DNA of 24,000 nucleotides from Snodgrassella alvi wkB2 (GTDB lineage Bacteria; Pseudomonadota; Gammaproteobacteria; Burkholderiales; Neisseriaceae): NCBI RefSeq assembly GCF_000600005.1, contig NZ_CP007446.1, positions 746,894 to 770,893 of the forward strand, read 5' to 3'. Shown piece by piece: positions 7,947 to 15,376 of this stretch (position 1 is its first letter; each line of letters starts with the position of its first letter). The notes under the pieces were generated by a model. It saw only the letters and a program-made list of their open reading frames with translations, ran no database searches and was not told where the DNA came from. The position numbers and the translations under genes were made by a program.

Positions 7947-9137
7947 TCAGGTCGAGGTGGCCCGGCTCCATGCACCGCGACGCAACGCGGGGAGGCAGAC
8001 AAGGTATAGGGCGGCGCCTACAATCCATGCCAACCCGTTCCATGTGCTCGCCGAGGCGGCATAAATCGCCGTGAAGATCAGCGGTCCAATGATCGAAGTT
8101 AGGCTGGTAAGAGCCGCGAGCGATCCTTGAAGCTGTCCCTGATGGTCGTCATCTACCTGCCTGGACAGCATGGCCTGCAACGCGGGCATCCCGATGCCGC
8201 CGGAAGCGAGAAGAATCATAATGGGGAAGGCCATCCAGCCTCGCGTCGCGAACGCCAGCAAGACGTAGCCCAGCGCGTCGGCCGCCATGCCGGCGATAAT
8301 GGCCTGCTTCTCGCCGAAACGTTTGGTGGCGGGACCAGTGACGAAGGCTTGAGCGAGGGCGTGCAAGATTCCGAATACCGCAAGCGACAGGCCGATCATC
8401 GTCGCGCTCCAGCGAAAGCGGTCCTCGCCGAAAATGACCCAGAGCGCTGCCGGCACCTGTCCTACGAGTTGCATGATAAAGAAGACAGTCATAAGTGCGG
8501 CGACGATAGTCATGCCCCGCGCCCACCGGAAGGAGCTGACTGGGTTGAAGGCTCTCAAGGGCATCGGTCGACGCTCTCCCTTATGCGACTCCTGCATTAG
8601 GAAGCAGCCCAGTAGTAGGTTGAGGCCGTTGAGCACCGCCGCCGCAAGGAATGGTGCATGCAAGGAGATGGCGCCCAACAGTCCCCCGGCCACGGGGCCT
8701 GCCACCATACCCACGCCGAAACAAGCGCTCATGAGCCCGAAGTGGCGAGCCCGATCTTCCCCATCGGTGATGTCGGCGATATAGGCGCCAGCAACCGCAC
8801 CTGTGGCGCCGGTGATGCCGGCCACGATGCGTCCGGCGTAGAGGATCCACAGGACGGGTGTGGTCGCCATGATCGCGTAGTCGATAGTGGCTCCAAGTAG
8901 CGAAGCGAGCAGGACTGGGCGGCGGCCAAAGCGGTCGGACAGTGCTCCGAGAACGGGTGCGCATAGAAATTGCATCAACGCATATAGCGCTAGCAGCACG
9001 CCATAGTGACTGGCGATGCTGTCGGAATGGACGATATCCCGCAAGAGGCCCGGCAGTACCGGCATAACCAAGCCTATGCCTACAGCATCCAGGGTGACGG
9101 TGCCGAGGATGACGATGAGCGCATTGTTAGATTTCAT
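7947..9137 (-). CDS. tetA(C): tetracycline efflux MFS transporter TetA, class C
   Basis: The 396-aa protein starts MKSNNALIVILGTVTLDAVGIGLVMPVLPGLLRDIVHSD and ends LPALRRGAWSRATST. It is essentially the pBR322/pSC101 Tet protein, and the upstream DNA matches the start of the pBR322 sequence. Confidence 0.98.
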   Translation of the reverse strand: MKSNNALIVILGTVTLDAVGIGLVMPVLPGLLRDIVHSDSIASHYGVLLALYALMQFLCAPVLGALSDRFGRRPVLLASLLGATIDYAIMATTPVLWILYAGRIVAGITGATGAVAGAYIADITDGEDRARHFGLMSACFGVGMVAGPVAGGLLGAISLHAPFLAAAVLNGLNLLLGCFLMQESHKGERRPMPLRAFNPVSSFRWARGMTIVAALMTVFFIMQLVGQVPAALWVIFGEDRFRWSATMIGLSLAVFGILHALAQAFVTGPATKRFGEKQAIIAGMAADALGYVLLAFATRGWMAFPIMILLASGGIGMPALQAMLSRQVDDDHQGQLQGSLAALTSLTSIIGPLIFTAIYAASASTWNGLAWIVGAALYLVCLPALRRGAWSRATST

Positions 9138-9184
9138 ACACGGTGCCTGACTGCGTTAGCAATTTAACTGTGATAAACTACCGC

Positions 9185-9213
9185 ATTAAAGCTTATCGAT
9201 GATAAGCTGTCAA
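9185..9213 (-). promoter_or_regulatory. tetA(C) promoter with overlapping tet operator, in the divergent tetA/tetR control region
   Basis: The minus strand reads TTGACA (9208-9213), then 17 nt, then TTTAAT (9185-9190), as in the pBR322 tet promoter. The spacer is the palindrome AGCTTATC-nnn-GATAAGCT (9190-9208), a tetO-like operator. Confidence 0.75.
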
Positions 9214-9229
9214 GCATGAGAATTCGCGA

Positions 9230-9865
9230 ATGAACAAGCTCCAACGCGAGGCCGTGATCCGAACCGCGCTCGAACTGCTTAACGACGTGGGCATGGAAGG
9301 TCTAACGACGCGCCGACTGGCTGAGCGCCTCGGGGTGCAACAGCCAGCGCTCTACTGGCATTTCAAGAACAAGCGTGCGTTGCTCGACGCACTTGCCGAA
9401 GCCATGCTGACGATAAATCACACGCATTCGACGCCAAGGGATGACGACGACTGGCGTTCGTTCCTGAAGGGCAATGCATGCAGTTTTCGACGGGCGTTGC
9501 TCGCTTATCGCGATGGCGCGCGTATTCATGCCGGGACGCGGCCAGCCGCGCCGCAGATGGAAAAAGCCGACGCGCAGCTTCGCTTCCTTTGCGATGCTGG
9601 CTTTTCGGCAGGTGACGCGACCTATGCGTTGATGGCAATCAGCTACTTCACCGTCGGCGCTGTTCTTGAGCAGCAAGCTAGCGAGGCAGACGCCGAGGAG
9701 CGGGGCGAAGATCAGTTGACCACCTCAGCGTCTACGATGCCGGCGCGCCTACAGAGCGCGATGAAAATCGTCTACGAAGGCGGTCCGGACGCGGCATTCG
9801 AGCGAGGCCTGGCTCTCATCATCGGCGGTCTTGAACGGAGTGCTTGCGCAATCTCGCTCCTTTAG
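9230..9865 (+). CDS. tetR(C): tetracycline repressor TetR, class C, with an altered C-terminal tail caused by the IS junction
   Basis: The sequence MNKLQREAVIRTALELLNDVGMEGLTTRRLAERLGVQQPALYWHFKNKRALLDAL contains the TetR HTH. It matches TetR(C) as I recall it up to ...LALIIGGLE. It then reads RSACAISLL-stop, encoded by the IS left end, instead of the native tail. Confidence 0.9.
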   Translation: MNKLQREAVIRTALELLNDVGMEGLTTRRLAERLGVQQPALYWHFKNKRALLDALAEAMLTINHTHSTPRDDDDWRSFLKGNACSFRRALLAYRDGARIHAGTRPAAPQMEKADAQLRFLCDAGFSAGDATYALMAISYFTVGAVLEQQASEADAEERGEDQLTTSASTMPARLQSAMKIVYEGGPDAAFERGLALIIGGLERSACAISLL

Positions 9866-9872
9866 GGGCGAG
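9853..9872 (+). other. candidate left-end (LE) subterminal hairpin of the IS200/IS605 element
   Basis: ctcgctcc (9853-9860), loop ttta, ggggcgag (9865-9872). This gives an 8-bp stem with one T:G pair. The position, just 5' of the tnpA 3' end, is typical for TnpA-recognised hairpins. Confidence 0.5.
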
Positions 9873-9887
9873 TCAAGCAAGTGGTTT

Positions 9888-10352
9888 CTACTCTTTTCTT
9901 TGCTTCAACGCTTGTGATGTCTTCATGGCTTTTTCGCTGGGCGGTTCGTTCTGGTTGTTGATGTACTCCCGAACAACATCGAGGGCAACCCCTCCGCAAG
10001 AAACCACACAGTAGCTTGGCGACCAGAAATGGTTGCCCCAAAGCATTGTTTTTACCCTGTCCCAATACTCTCGCCGGATCATGTAAGACGATTTACCTTT
10101 TAACTTGCTGACTAAATTTGAGATTGCCAATTTTGGATGTACGGACACCATCATATGGATGTGATCGTCCTCTCCACCAAACTCCAGTAGCTCACAATCC
10201 ATCTGCTCACAAGTCTCTTTCATTATTGCCTCAGTCCGTTCAAGCATTTCTTTGGTAAAAACACCACGACGATACTTTGTAACAAAGACTAGATGAACGT
10301 TGTTTTTAAAAATGCAGCTTCTACCTGTTCTCCAATCGTACATTATAACCAC
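9888..10352 (-). CDS. tnpA: IS200/IS605-family Y1 (HUH) transposase TnpA
   Basis: The HUH motif is DDHIHMMVS and the catalytic-Tyr region is FWSPSYCVVSCGG. At about 150 aa it is the typical size. The ORF-track start is a GTG at 10352, and an ATG (MYDWRT...) at 10343 is an equally plausible start. Confidence 0.93.
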   Translation of the reverse strand: MVIMYDWRTGRSCIFKNNVHLVFVTKYRRGVFTKEMLERTEAIMKETCEQMDCELLEFGGEDDHIHMMVSVHPKLAISNLVSKLKGKSSYMIRREYWDRVKTMLWGNHFWSPSYCVVSCGGVALDVVREYINNQNEPPSEKAMKTSQALKQRKE

Positions 10353-10360
10353 ATGCTAGA

Positions 10361-10388
10361 TTGACAAAGTTTAAGTAAGTGTAATAAT
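10361..10388 (+). promoter_or_regulatory. candidate sigma70 promoter for tnpB in the tnpA-tnpB divergent spacer
   Basis: TTGACA (10361-10366), a 16-nt spacer ending in tgt (extended -10 TG), then AATAAT (10383-10388). It lies about 30 nt upstream of the tnpB ATG. This is a sequence match only. Confidence 0.35.
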
Positions 10389-10419
10389 TTCAGGTGTAAA
10401 TAGCAAATAAACGGACATC

Positions 10420-11724
10420 ATGTTAACTGGCATCAAGCTACGCGCTAACCCGACATCTCACCAAAAACTGATCTTGAGTCAGTGGATGGGGTGCGCTCGT
10501 AGTATCTGGAATGCCAAGGTAGAAGAAGAGCGTTATTACCGAACCTATGCCCGTAAATATTGCACCATCGGAACTTACGCGCCCATCGACCAGACCACTT
10601 CACAATTCAAATCCAAAGAGCTTTCTCCGTGGCTAAGTGAATGCCCTAGTCAAATCTTGCGTAATAGCGCGGTTAACTGGTATCAAACTTATCAGAAATT
10701 CATGAGCGGGAAATGCGGCAGGCCAAAGCGAAAACCTAAAACGGACAAAGGAAGCATTTATCTTACCCGTGAAGTGTTCCGTTTCGACCATTGCGATGAC
10801 GGCAACGTGCGCCTGTTTATTGGGACAAAGACCAACAATATCGGTTATCTGTCCTTTAAGGCACATGGCAAATTTGAGATCCCAAACTCGCTTTATGTGA
10901 GAAAAGAGCGCGGCCACTATTATGTGTCATTCTGCTATGAGCAAGGACAGCCTGATCGCAAACTAAGTACCAATGAAGAGCACTTAGCTTTTCTGCAAGG
11001 GGCGACCAGAGAATATCTGGAAGAGCACACCATGGGTGTTGACCGAGGCGTGGCGATCCCCGTTTGTGCTGGCGAACAAACCTATGATTTCACCCATAGC
11101 CAGAAAAAGAACATGAGCAAAGCAGACCGCTATATCAAGCGATTGCAGCGCAAACTGGCAAGGCAGCAAAAAGGCTCTAACCGCAGAGCCAAGACCAAGC
11201 ATCGAATTGCGGTTCATCATGCTAAAAAGGCTAACATACGAAATGATTTTGCGCATAAGACCAGTCGGTTATTGGTTGATAGCAGCGCCAAAATCATTGT
11301 GTTTGAGGCGTTACGAACCGCAAGGATGACGAGAAGGCCGAAAGCAAAACAGGATGAACAAGGTCGATTCATATCAAATAAAGCCAAGCAGAAAGCAGGA
11401 CTGAATAAGTCTATTCTTAATGTGGGCTGGCATGTGATCGAGACTTACACCTACTACAAGGCTTATTCATCCAGCAAAGCGGTATTTAAAATACCCGCAC
11501 CAACAACCAGTCAGGAGTGCGCAAAATGCGGTCACACTCATCCCGACAATCGCAAAACACAAGCCCTGTTTGTTTGCGGTAATTGTGGAAATACTGACAA
11601 TGCAGATCACAATGCATCACTGGTTATCAAGAAGCGGGCAATTAACTTAATTTTGGACACTGGAACGGTGTTATCTGGCAAAGCGATATTGTCATATCCG
11701 ATTATAAGCCAGCATTTAAAATAA
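10420..11724 (+). CDS. tnpB: IS605 OrfB / TnpB RNA-guided endonuclease family protein
   Basis: The N-terminus LRANPTSHQKLILSQWMGCARSIWN is a typical OrfB N-domain. Also present are RuvC-I GVDRGV, RuvC-II IVFEAL, the zinc finger CAKCGH...CGNCGN and RuvC-III DNADHNAS. The last 15-20 codons are AT-rich and may be junction-derived. Confidence 0.93.
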   Translation: MLTGIKLRANPTSHQKLILSQWMGCARSIWNAKVEEERYYRTYARKYCTIGTYAPIDQTTSQFKSKELSPWLSECPSQILRNSAVNWYQTYQKFMSGKCGRPKRKPKTDKGSIYLTREVFRFDHCDDGNVRLFIGTKTNNIGYLSFKAHGKFEIPNSLYVRKERGHYYVSFCYEQGQPDRKLSTNEEHLAFLQGATREYLEEHTMGVDRGVAIPVCAGEQTYDFTHSQKKNMSKADRYIKRLQRKLARQQKGSNRRAKTKHRIAVHHAKKANIRNDFAHKTSRLLVDSSAKIIVFEALRTARMTRRPKAKQDEQGRFISNKAKQKAGLNKSILNVGWHVIETYTYYKAYSSSKAVFKIPAPTTSQECAKCGHTHPDNRKTQALFVCGNCGNTDNADHNASLVIKKRAINLILDTGTVLSGKAILSYPIISQHLK

Positions 11725-11962
11725 ATGTTAAATCAAGTTTTTTTATGATAAATAAAATTAGAAAATTTGATCTAGAGTAAAGTATCTAATTTTAATATCT
11801 GTATTATGAAGTCTGTCTTTGAACTTTTAGAATTTAATTCTTAAAAGATTATAACTATTATTTGATCTGATTCTAAGCAATCGCTGAACTACGGTAGCTA
11901 ACAGGGAATATAGATTAATAAATAACAGTCAATATTTTACCAATTAAGTTATTGGAAGCAGA

Positions 11963-13087
11963 ATGAATACATTGACATTTCCTATTATCTTTATGCTGGT
12001 TTGTATCTATATTGAAGCAATATTATTGAAATGGATTAAAAAGCAGAATATTAATTGGCTTGATATTATCTTCAATTTAAATTCTGGGCATATTGTTTTG
12101 TGGTTATTCAGAGGCCTGGAAATTTTATGTTATGCCTATGTTTATCAAAATTGTAGTTTAAATTTATTTTCTTCAACCCCAGTCTTTTATATATGGATAT
12201 TTGCCGTCTTTGCCTGGGATTTTTGTTTTTACTGGCAGCATCGTTTATTACATACTTATCGTTTGTTATATGCTGTTCATTTAATTCATCATCAGGGTGA
12301 AAATTTTAATCTATCCTTGGCGGTCAGAAATTCCTGGTACTCTTCTTTACTGTCTGCTGTGTTTAATGTTGGTTTAGCTTTTCTTGGATTACCTACCGAA
12401 ATCTTCTTAGCAGTTTCTATGATACATTATTCTATCCAGTTTTTTAATCATAATGATTTCACACCCCGACTAGGCTTTTTAGAGAAAATTTTTGTCACGC
12501 CCAATCATCATCGTGTGCATCATATTAATGACAGATATTATTCTAATCGCAATTTTGGTGGTTCATTTATTATATGGGATAAGTTATTTGGTAGCTATGC
12601 GGAAATGCCGGAAGGTACGGTTAATTATGGTTCTCCGGGTGTGAAAACATTTAATCCATTATTGGCCAGTAATTTTCCATTTATGCAAATATTTAAAATT
12701 CGTTTTCAACCTTCTTCGTTTCCTAACAAATTTGTTATTTCAAATTTACTCATGACTTTAGGTTCAACAGCATTGTTTATTTTAGCTATTAGTTATATCT
12801 ATACATATGGGTACGGTTTGAACGATATTAGTTTAACTCAATATATATTATTTGCTTATCTGGCTGGTGGAACAATTTTTCTGGGCGCGATGTCCGAAGG
12901 TCGCCCGTGGGGAATAATAGGCTGGATAATATTAACTTTAACTATGCCTTTGTTATTTTTGTATGGATTTCAATGGCATCAGACCTACTGGCAAATTACT
13001 ATGGCACTGCTGAGCATACATGGCATCATTATTTTCATTAACTGGATAAGAGTGTATCGAAAATCTTTGCCTGTAATCGAACCCTAA
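11963..13087 (+). CDS. membrane fatty-acid-hydroxylase / sterol-desaturase-superfamily di-iron protein with an extra C-terminal multi-TM region
   Basis: The histidine boxes are HRLLH, HLIHH and HHRVHH, followed by NFGGSFIIWDKLFG, which together form the FA_hydroxylase signature. Residues from about 235 to 374 are hydrophobic helices without His boxes. GC is very low (about 23-33% in sampled lines). Confidence 0.8.
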   Translation: MNTLTFPIIFMLVCIYIEAILLKWIKKQNINWLDIIFNLNSGHIVLWLFRGLEILCYAYVYQNCSLNLFSSTPVFYIWIFAVFAWDFCFYWQHRLLHTYRLLYAVHLIHHQGENFNLSLAVRNSWYSSLLSAVFNVGLAFLGLPTEIFLAVSMIHYSIQFFNHNDFTPRLGFLEKIFVTPNHHRVHHINDRYYSNRNFGGSFIIWDKLFGSYAEMPEGTVNYGSPGVKTFNPLLASNFPFMQIFKIRFQPSSFPNKFVISNLLMTLGSTALFILAISYIYTYGYGLNDISLTQYILFAYLAGGTIFLGAMSEGRPWGIIGWIILTLTMPLLFLYGFQWHQTYWQITMALLSIHGIIIFINWIRVYRKSLPVIEP

Positions 13088-13106
13088 AGCCGAGTACGGA
13101 TAAAAT

Positions 13107-14207
13107 ATGAGATCTGAATTAAGAGAACTTGAATACAATTCGCAACAGGATAAAAGTTTAAAAAAAGCTCTTAATGATGCTTTGCAAGAATATCTGACTA
13201 CACATCAAGATCATCGCTATGCTGACAGGGGTATGAAGTTCAAGTTGGCAATACTTTGTCTGTTTTGTGCTGCAAGCTATATTACGGCATTACATCAAAG
13301 CTCAGTAATTTGGTTTTCATTATTTTATTTTTGCTATATTACCTTTGCGCTGCTGCTGGCTATTAATGTAGTACATGATGCTTCGCATAATGTTTTTTTC
13401 CGTTCCGGACGAGCAAATAAATGGTTAAATTGTCTTATTACCATTCCCCTGGGTATTGATCCAGACTGTTGGCGTGTTCGTCATGTTATTCAACATCATC
13501 CTTACACTAATGTTGAATACTACGATTTAGATATTGATTATAACGGAGTGCTGCGACAGACTCCGTTTCAGGTACATTATTGGTTTATGCGCTATCAGCA
13601 TTATTATTGGCCAATAGTAGCAGCAATGACATTTCCGGCAATTGTCTGGTGTTTTGACTGGCAGGACAGATTAGGTCTTAAGTTCAATGTTAAAAAATTT
13701 ACTAGCCAGGGCTGGAATGGATGGATGGTATTTTTACTAGCTAAATGGGTACATATTTTACTGGCGTTCATTTTGCCGGCTTGGGTATGTCCACAATTCA
13801 ATTTTAGCTGGATTGTATTGGTTTATTGTTTAAGTCAAATGTGTTCTTCTTTGATATTTGTCATATTGATTTTAGGTAGCCATTGGGCTAAAGCTACTTT
13901 CTATCAGGCGCCGGAAAATGGACATTTTATGCATGGACGTTTGCAGCATGCTTTTAACACAACGCTCAATTGGCATCTAAAATATGGCTGGCTTGAATAT
14001 TGGCTGGGCGGATTGAATTTGCACTTAACCCATCATTTATATCCCGGTGTTAGCCACCGGCATTATCATAAGCTGACTCCTATTGTGGCGGATATAGCAC
14101 AGCAATTCAATATTTCGTATCAGGCTTTATCTTTAATCGGTCTGTTTAAATCCCAACAGGAATTTCTGAAGAAAATGGGAAGCAATTATCGAGAAAATCA
14201 GTCGTAA
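13107..14207 (+). CDS. membrane fatty acid desaturase, front-end / Des-like type, without a cytochrome b5 domain
   Basis: The three His boxes are HDASH, HVIQHH and GGLNLHLTHHLYP. The N-terminal pattern SLKKALNDALQEYL...ADRGMKFK is typical of this family. It starts 20 nt after the previous gene, so the two are probably an operon. Confidence 0.85.
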   Translation: MRSELRELEYNSQQDKSLKKALNDALQEYLTTHQDHRYADRGMKFKLAILCLFCAASYITALHQSSVIWFSLFYFCYITFALLLAINVVHDASHNVFFRSGRANKWLNCLITIPLGIDPDCWRVRHVIQHHPYTNVEYYDLDIDYNGVLRQTPFQVHYWFMRYQHYYWPIVAAMTFPAIVWCFDWQDRLGLKFNVKKFTSQGWNGWMVFLLAKWVHILLAFILPAWVCPQFNFSWIVLVYCLSQMCSSLIFVILILGSHWAKATFYQAPENGHFMHGRLQHAFNTTLNWHLKYGWLEYWLGGLNLHLTHHLYPGVSHRHYHKLTPIVADIAQQFNISYQALSLIGLFKSQQEFLKKMGSNYRENQS

Positions 14208-14375
14208 TATTTGCTGTTATCCGTGCTAATCAAAGTAAAATAAATCCGCATCTGCCAACGCTTACAAAATTAAGACCAAAATTCAGATAATCTTGTTGAA
14301 AAGAGAATAATTTGCCAGACGGCTATGTTACGGTTATAAAGAGCATAGATGAGGATAAAAATTCGGGAGTAACTG

Positions 14376-15179
14376 ATGCAGAATGTAAAAGTAGCTATAG
14401 TGCAAATGGTATCTGGTACTCAGGTAGCAGAGAATGTGTGCACAATGCAACGACTGGTGCAACAGGCAGCTGCTGAGGGTGCGGAGTGGGTAGTATTACC
14501 TGAATACTGGCCGATAATGGGTAAAGACGAAACAGATAAAGTAGCTATAGCTGAGGTTTTTGGAGATGGGCAATTGCAAACAGCTTTGAAAACTCTTGCT
14601 GCTGAACTGGGGATCATATTATTTGGTGGTACCATACCTTTACAAAGTACGGATAAAACCAAAATATTTAATACTATGCTAGTGTACGGGCGCTCAGGAG
14701 AATTGCTGGGTTTCTACCATAAAATGCATTTGTTTGGTTACACTGGTGCCAATGAGTGTTATGCAGAAGCCGATACAATACTGCGGGGCATGGATGTACC
14801 GGAGCTGAGAATTGATAATATCGCTGTGGCACAGGGTATTTGTTACGATTTACGTTTTCCTGAATTTTTCCGTGCCCAGCTTCCGTTTGAAGTACTGGTG
14901 TTACCGGCAGCATTTACTTATACCACGGGTAAAGCACACTGGAACACATTATTAACTGCCAGAGCAATTGAAAATCAGTGTTATGTGCTGGCGTCTGCAC
15001 AGGGTGGGCAGCATCAGAATGGCCGCCGTACATATGGTCATAGTATGATTATTAATCCTTGGGGAGAAATCCTGGCTTCTTTGCCAGAAGGAGAGGGTGT
15101 TATTTGTGCAGAGCTGGATACCGAATTTCTGCAATCAGTACGTTCTAAGCTACCGGCACTACAGCATCGACTGTTGTAA
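14376..15179 (+). CDS. carbon-nitrogen hydrolase family protein (Nit/omega-amidase-like)
   Basis: The catalytic triad context is Glu in VVLPEYW, Lys in YHKMHLF and Cys in GICYDLRFPE. The nitrilase-superfamily motif LTARAIENQCYV is also present. Confidence 0.88.
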   Translation: MQNVKVAIVQMVSGTQVAENVCTMQRLVQQAAAEGAEWVVLPEYWPIMGKDETDKVAIAEVFGDGQLQTALKTLAAELGIILFGGTIPLQSTDKTKIFNTMLVYGRSGELLGFYHKMHLFGYTGANECYAEADTILRGMDVPELRIDNIAVAQGICYDLRFPEFFRAQLPFEVLVLPAAFTYTTGKAHWNTLLTARAIENQCYVLASAQGGQHQNGRRTYGHSMIINPWGEILASLPEGEGVICAELDTEFLQSVRSKLPALQHRLL

Positions 15180-15235
15180 ATATGTTTTTTAAGTTAGTAT
15201 TTTTTGAACCAGCCTGAATTTAATCCATACTTAAA

Positions 15236-15268
15236 CCCATTATTTGGACATAATGTCTGAATAATGGG
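15236..15268 (+). other. long hairpin in the nit-SNF intergenic region (15-bp stem, 3-nt loop, no U-tract)
   Basis: cccattatttggaca (15236-15250), loop taa, tgtctgaataatggg (15254-15268). All 15 positions pair if two G:U pairs are allowed in RNA. It sits about 55 nt after the hydrolase stop. Confidence 0.5.
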
Positions 15269-15376
15269 CTTAATGGTCTCAAAAACGGTACATTCACAAT
15301 CATTTCTTGTCCAAAAATGCGATTCATGGCATGATTATTGATTAAAGTTTGAATTAAGAAGTAAGGGGCAGTAGCG

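Larger units (their letters stand above)
7288..11724. mobile_element. tet(C) tetracycline-resistance island: a pSC101-type tetA(C)-tetR(C) segment fused to an IS200/IS605-family element; boundaries approximate
   Basis: Composition changes abruptly. Hand-counted 60-nt lines give about 58-60% GC in tetA against about 43% in the flanking core genes. The DNA at 7288-9229 reads as the tet region I know from pBR322/pSC101. The right border lies somewhere around 11685-11725, where the sequence becomes AT-rich. Confidence 0.8.
9836..11724 (+). mobile_element. IS200/IS605-family insertion sequence (IS605-group layout with divergent tnpA and tnpB); right end not identified
   Basis: A Y1-transposase gene and a tnpB gene lie back to back. 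A subterminal imperfect hairpin sits 17 nt inside the proposed left junction, which follows 5'-TTGAA-3'. I could not find a matching right-end hairpin. Confidence 0.8.

Noticed and set aside
7705-9000. Many overlapping ORFs of 60-157 aa on both strands inside and next to tetA(C) (for example 8127-8600 +, 8149-8526 -, 8434-8784 +, 8581-8964 -, 7705-8043 -)
   Set aside because: GC-rich DNA has few stop codons, which generates long spurious frames. They overlap a gene whose product I recognise end to end, and their translations are Arg/Pro/Gly-rich low-complexity sequence.
7947-9865. pBR322-type cloning-vector contamination
   Set aside because: tetR(C) is present, and so are about 220 bp of pSC101-type sequence absent from pBR322. 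There is no bla or ori. Host-like sequence continues on both sides within one contig.
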